Source of the DNA: Eledone cirrhosa
Taxonomy: Eukaryota
Assembly (NCBI GenBank): GCA_964016885.1
Contig: OZ024749.1
Location: 38,254,001 to 38,318,000 of the forward strand
Reading direction: 5' to 3'
DNA: 64,000 bases
In this document: piece after piece, positions 59,315 through 64,000 of the stretch
Layout of the letters: every line of letters begins with the position of its first letter
Position numbering within the stretch: position 1 is the stretch's first letter
Translations under genes and position numbers: made by a program
Notes under the pieces: model-generated
The model's input: the letters and a program-made list of their open reading frames with translations, nothing else
Told to the model about the DNA's origin: nothing
Database searches by the model: none

Positions 59315-62050
59315 AACATCATTGTCACCATCATAACAATAATAACAAACGTCACAACAACATCTTAATCATAACAACAACAACAACACCAACATAACAT
59401 CATTGTCACCATCATAACAATAATAACAAACATCACAACAATATCTTAAGCATAACAACAACAACAACAACAACACCAACATAACATCATTGTCACCATA
59501 ATAACAATAAGAACAAACATCACAACAATATCTTAAGCATAACAACAACAACAACAACAACACCAACATAACATCATTGTCACCATCATAACAATAAGAA
59601 CAAACATCACAACAATATCTTAATCATAACAACAACAACAACAACACCAACATAACATCATTGTCACCAACATAACAATAAGAACAAACATCACAACATT
59701 ATCTTAATCATAACAACAACAACAACAACACCAACATAACATCATTGTCACCAACATAACAATAAGATCAAACATCACAACAACATCTTAATCATAACAA
59801 CAACAACAACAACACCAACATAACATCATTGTCACCAACATAACAATAAGAACAAACATCACAACAATATCTTAATCATAACAACAACAACAACACCAAC
59901 ATAACATCATTGTCACCAACATAACAATAAGAACAAACATCACAACAATATCTTAATCATAACAACAACAACACCAACATAACATCATTGTCACCATCAT
60001 AACAATAAGAACAAACATCACAACAATATCTTAATCATAACAACAACAACACCAACATAACATCATTGTCACCATCATAACAATAAGAACAAACATCACA
60101 ACAATATCTTAATCATAACAACAACAACAACACCAACATAACATCATTGTCACCATCATAACAATAAGAACAAACATCACAACAATATCTTAATCATAAC
60201 AACAACAACAACACCAACATAACATCATTGTCACCATCATAACAATAATAACAAACGTCACAACAATATCTTAATCATAACAACAACAACAACAACACCA
60301 ACATAACATCATTGTCACCAACATAACAATAAGAACAAACATCACAAAAATATCTTAATCATAACAACAACAACACCAACATAACATCATCGTCACCATC
60401 ATAACAATAATAACAAACGTCACAACAATATCTTAATCATAACAACAACAACAACAACACCAACATAACATCATTGTCACCATCATAACAATAAGAACAA
60501 ACATCACAGCAATATCTTAATCATAACAACAACAACAACACCAACATAACATCATTGTCACCATCATAACAATAAGAACAAACATCACAACAATATCTTA
60601 ATCATAACAACAACAACAACAACACCAACATAACATCATTGTCACCAACATAACAATAAGAACAAACATCACAACAATATCTTAATCATAACAACAACAA
60701 CAACACCAACATAACATCATTGTCACCATCATAACAATAAGAACAAACATCACAGCAATATCTTAATCATAACAACAACAACAACACCAACATAACATCA
60801 TTGTCACCATCATAACAATAAGAACAAACATCACAACAATATCTTAATCATAACAACAACAACAACAACACCAACATAACATCATTGTCACCAACATAAC
60901 AATAAGAACAAACATCACAGCAATATCTTAATCATAACAACAACAACAACACCAACATAACATCATTGTCACCAACATAACAATAAGAACAAACATCACA
61001 GCAATATCTTAATCATAACAACAACAACAACACCAACATAACATCATTGTCACCATCATAACAATAAGAACAAACATCACAACAATATCTTAATCATAAC
61101 AACAACAACAACAACACCAACATAACGTCATCGTCACCATCATAACAATAAGAACAAACATCACAACAATATCTTAATCATAACAACAACAACAACAACA
61201 CCAACATAACATCATTGTCACCATCATAACAATAATAACAAACATCACAACAATATCTTAATCATAACAACAACAACAACAACACCAACATAACATCATT
61301 GTCACCATCATAACAATAATAACAAACATCACAACAATATCTTAATCATAACAACAACAACAACAACACCAACATAACATCATTGTCACCATCATAACAA
61401 TAAGAACAAACATCACAACAATATCTTAATCATAACAACAACAACAACAACACCAACATAACATCATTGTCACCATCATAACAATAATAACAAACATCAC
61501 AACAATATCTTAATCATAACAACAACAACAACAACACCAACATAACATCATTGTCACCATCATAACAATAAGAACAAACATCACAACAATATCTTAATCA
61601 TAACAACAACAACAACAACACCAACATAACATCATTGTCACCATCATAACAATAATAACAAACATCACAACAATATCTTAATCATAACAACAACAACAAC
61701 AACACCAACATAACATCATTGTCACCAACATAACAATAAGAACAAACATCACAGCAATATCTTAATCATAACAACAACAACAACACCAACATAACGTCAT
61801 CGTCACCATCTTAACAATAAGAACAAACATCACAACAATATCTTAATCATAACAACAACAACACCAACATAACGTCATCGTCACCATCATAACAATAAGA
61901 ACAAACATCACAGCAATATCTTAATCATAACAACAACAACAACACCAACATAACATCATTGTCACCATCATAACAATAAGAACAAACATCACAGCAATAT
62001 CTTAATCATAACAACAACAACAACACCAACATAACGTCATCGTCACCATA
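59315..62050. repeat. 78-87-bp satellite, >30 units
   Basis: Unit CATCATTGTCACCATCATAACAATAAGAACAAACATCACAACAATATCTTAATCAT(AAC)nACCAACATAA. Confidence 0.95.
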
Positions 62051-62224
62051 ACAACATTAACGACAAACATCACAACAGCAACATCATAATTATAACAACA
62101 TCACCAACATCATAAAATCCTCATCATCTCAACATTGCCACATTGCCACATCACAACATACACAACAACATGGTGTCCGTGGCTCTACCGTACTGCCAAC
62201 CCACCACCCAAATAGTATAAAATT

Positions 62225-62819
62225 AATTGTTTCTACATTAGGCACAAGGCCAGCAATTTTAGTGGAGGGGAAAGTCGATTAAATCGACCCCAGTGCATTG
62301 CTGGTACATTATTTTATCGACCCCGTGAGGATGAAAGTCAAAGCTACTCTCGGTGGGATTTGAAATCAGATCATAAATGGGCGTAACTCTATGCTGCAAG
62401 GTTGGACGCTCTACCGATACTACCAATCCACTGCCCAAATAATATAAAAATAATACAAGATCATAAATGGGCGTAACTCTATGCTGCAAGGTTGGACGCT
62501 CTACCGATACTGCCAATCCACTGCCCAAATAATATTAAAATAATACAAGATCATAAATGGGCATAACTCTATGCTGCAAGGTTGGACGCTCTACCGATAC
62601 TGCCAATCCACTGCCCAAATAATATAAAAATAATACAAGATCATAAATGGGCATAACTCTATGCTGCAAGGTTGGACGCTCTACCGATACTGCCAATCCA
62701 CTGCCCAAATATTATAAAAATAATACAAGATCATAAATGGGCGTAATTCTATGCTGCAAGGCTGGACGCTCTACCGATACTGCCAATCCACTGCCCAAAT
62801 AATATAAAAATAATACAAG
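62225..62819 (-). repeat. SINE whose 5' head plus flank is amplified as five 90-bp units
   Basis: Units start near 62369, 62459, 62549, 62639 and 62729. Confidence 0.9.
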
Positions 62820-64000
62820 TGATTTGGTTAGAGAGTGGTAGGAGTGAAAAGTTCAATTCATCATTAGTTAAATGCGTGAATCTTCTTGCTCAAAGACTGA
62901 ACGTGCCATCAAGTAATCGAATTCACAACCTCACGGTCTCAAATCAAGCACTTCAACCACTAAGTCATACGTCTCCATAATTATATAGTAAGTAGTGAAG
63001 GAAAGCAAGATTGGTGCATTTCGAAATAATCAACGTTATCTAAATATTCATTTCTAAATAAATAAAATTATCAGAATCACGAACATATTTGGATTATATG
63101 TATGTCTGTGTGTGTAGCAGTATGCTAACACAATTATGAATATATTTGATGTGTATGTGTGTATATGTGTGTATGTTTAAGTATGTGAGTGAGTGTGTGA
63201 GTATGTACGTAGCAGCATGGTATTATAAACAACATATCTGAGGGGTGTGTGTTTATATATATCTGTGTATCTGCGTGAGAGAGAGAGATAGAGGATGTAT
63301 GTGTGCGTATGTAGTATCTAGTAGTAATGGCGTCCATATCAGAAGGTTCAGTAACTTGGGACTATGTTGGAAGTTAATAGGCCGAGATATATAATACATC
63401 AGAATATATGAAGATTCTATTAAATCATCGCTTATTACAGAAGAAATTAGTTGTGTAAAGAATGGAGAAGAAAGGGAAATAAAGAGAATAGATGGTGTTA
63501 TCGAGAGAATACTACAATACAATAACAGAGAGGAGTTTGAGAAAACAATTATTCATGCCGCACACACGCCGACCCTTTAGAAGCCAACAGGCAAACATGC
63601 AGCATCTCATGGCAGAATTACAGAATTAGAGAACTTCAGAATATGACATGAACAAAGGTCATATATTAATCATGTTTACAACTACTACAACAACAGCAGT
63701 AGCAAATATCTTCTCACGAGAATTAGAATGAGATTTTCAGCAGTAAACTTTCCAAACTATTGCAGTGATTAATACAGGACGTATATATTAATGAATTTTG
63801 TCTTGGCGTTTATATATAAGCAATCCTTTAGTAAATAACACAGAGAAACACACAGGAATTTGCTTTTATTTAAATAAAAATAGTGAAACGAAATCCAACA
63901 TCTAAGCTAACGTTTATAACAGACGTATAAATAAGGCAATTACAGAACATCACAATTAGATATGTTCAGATGATGGTTCACAAGAGATTGTGTAACACTG

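Overview
Eukaryotic, very AT-rich, repeat-dominated DNA; the tRNA-derived SINEs and the microsatellite landscape point to an octopus (inference). I recognise no intact host gene: most ORFs in the track are microsatellite read-throughs. Contents: (TA)n, (CA)n and (ACT)n tracts; minisatellites; many tRNA-SINE copies, often in tandem or inverted arrays; RTE, R4/Dong-like and L1/Tx1-like LINE remnants; a pogo/Tigger-like MITE; a Helitron-like element; and a decayed Penelope-like element (PLE) with RT plus C-terminal GIY-YIG (Hydra-clade-like) alongside many short PLE 3'-end insertions in (TA)n. The main signal is shared by at least five sequence-divergent PLE end families. A hammerhead ribozyme (where retained) is followed by an 80-90 nt tail that starts with a covarying bulged hairpin (RCTC-stemloop-TY-GAGY). 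In the palindromic insertions, the inverted arm always stops at a TA 5-6 nt before that hairpin. Also notable: a candidate SINE/Tx1-LINE partnership targeting (TAA)n, and a cluster of seven RFX X-box-like motifs. All alignments and folds were done by eye.
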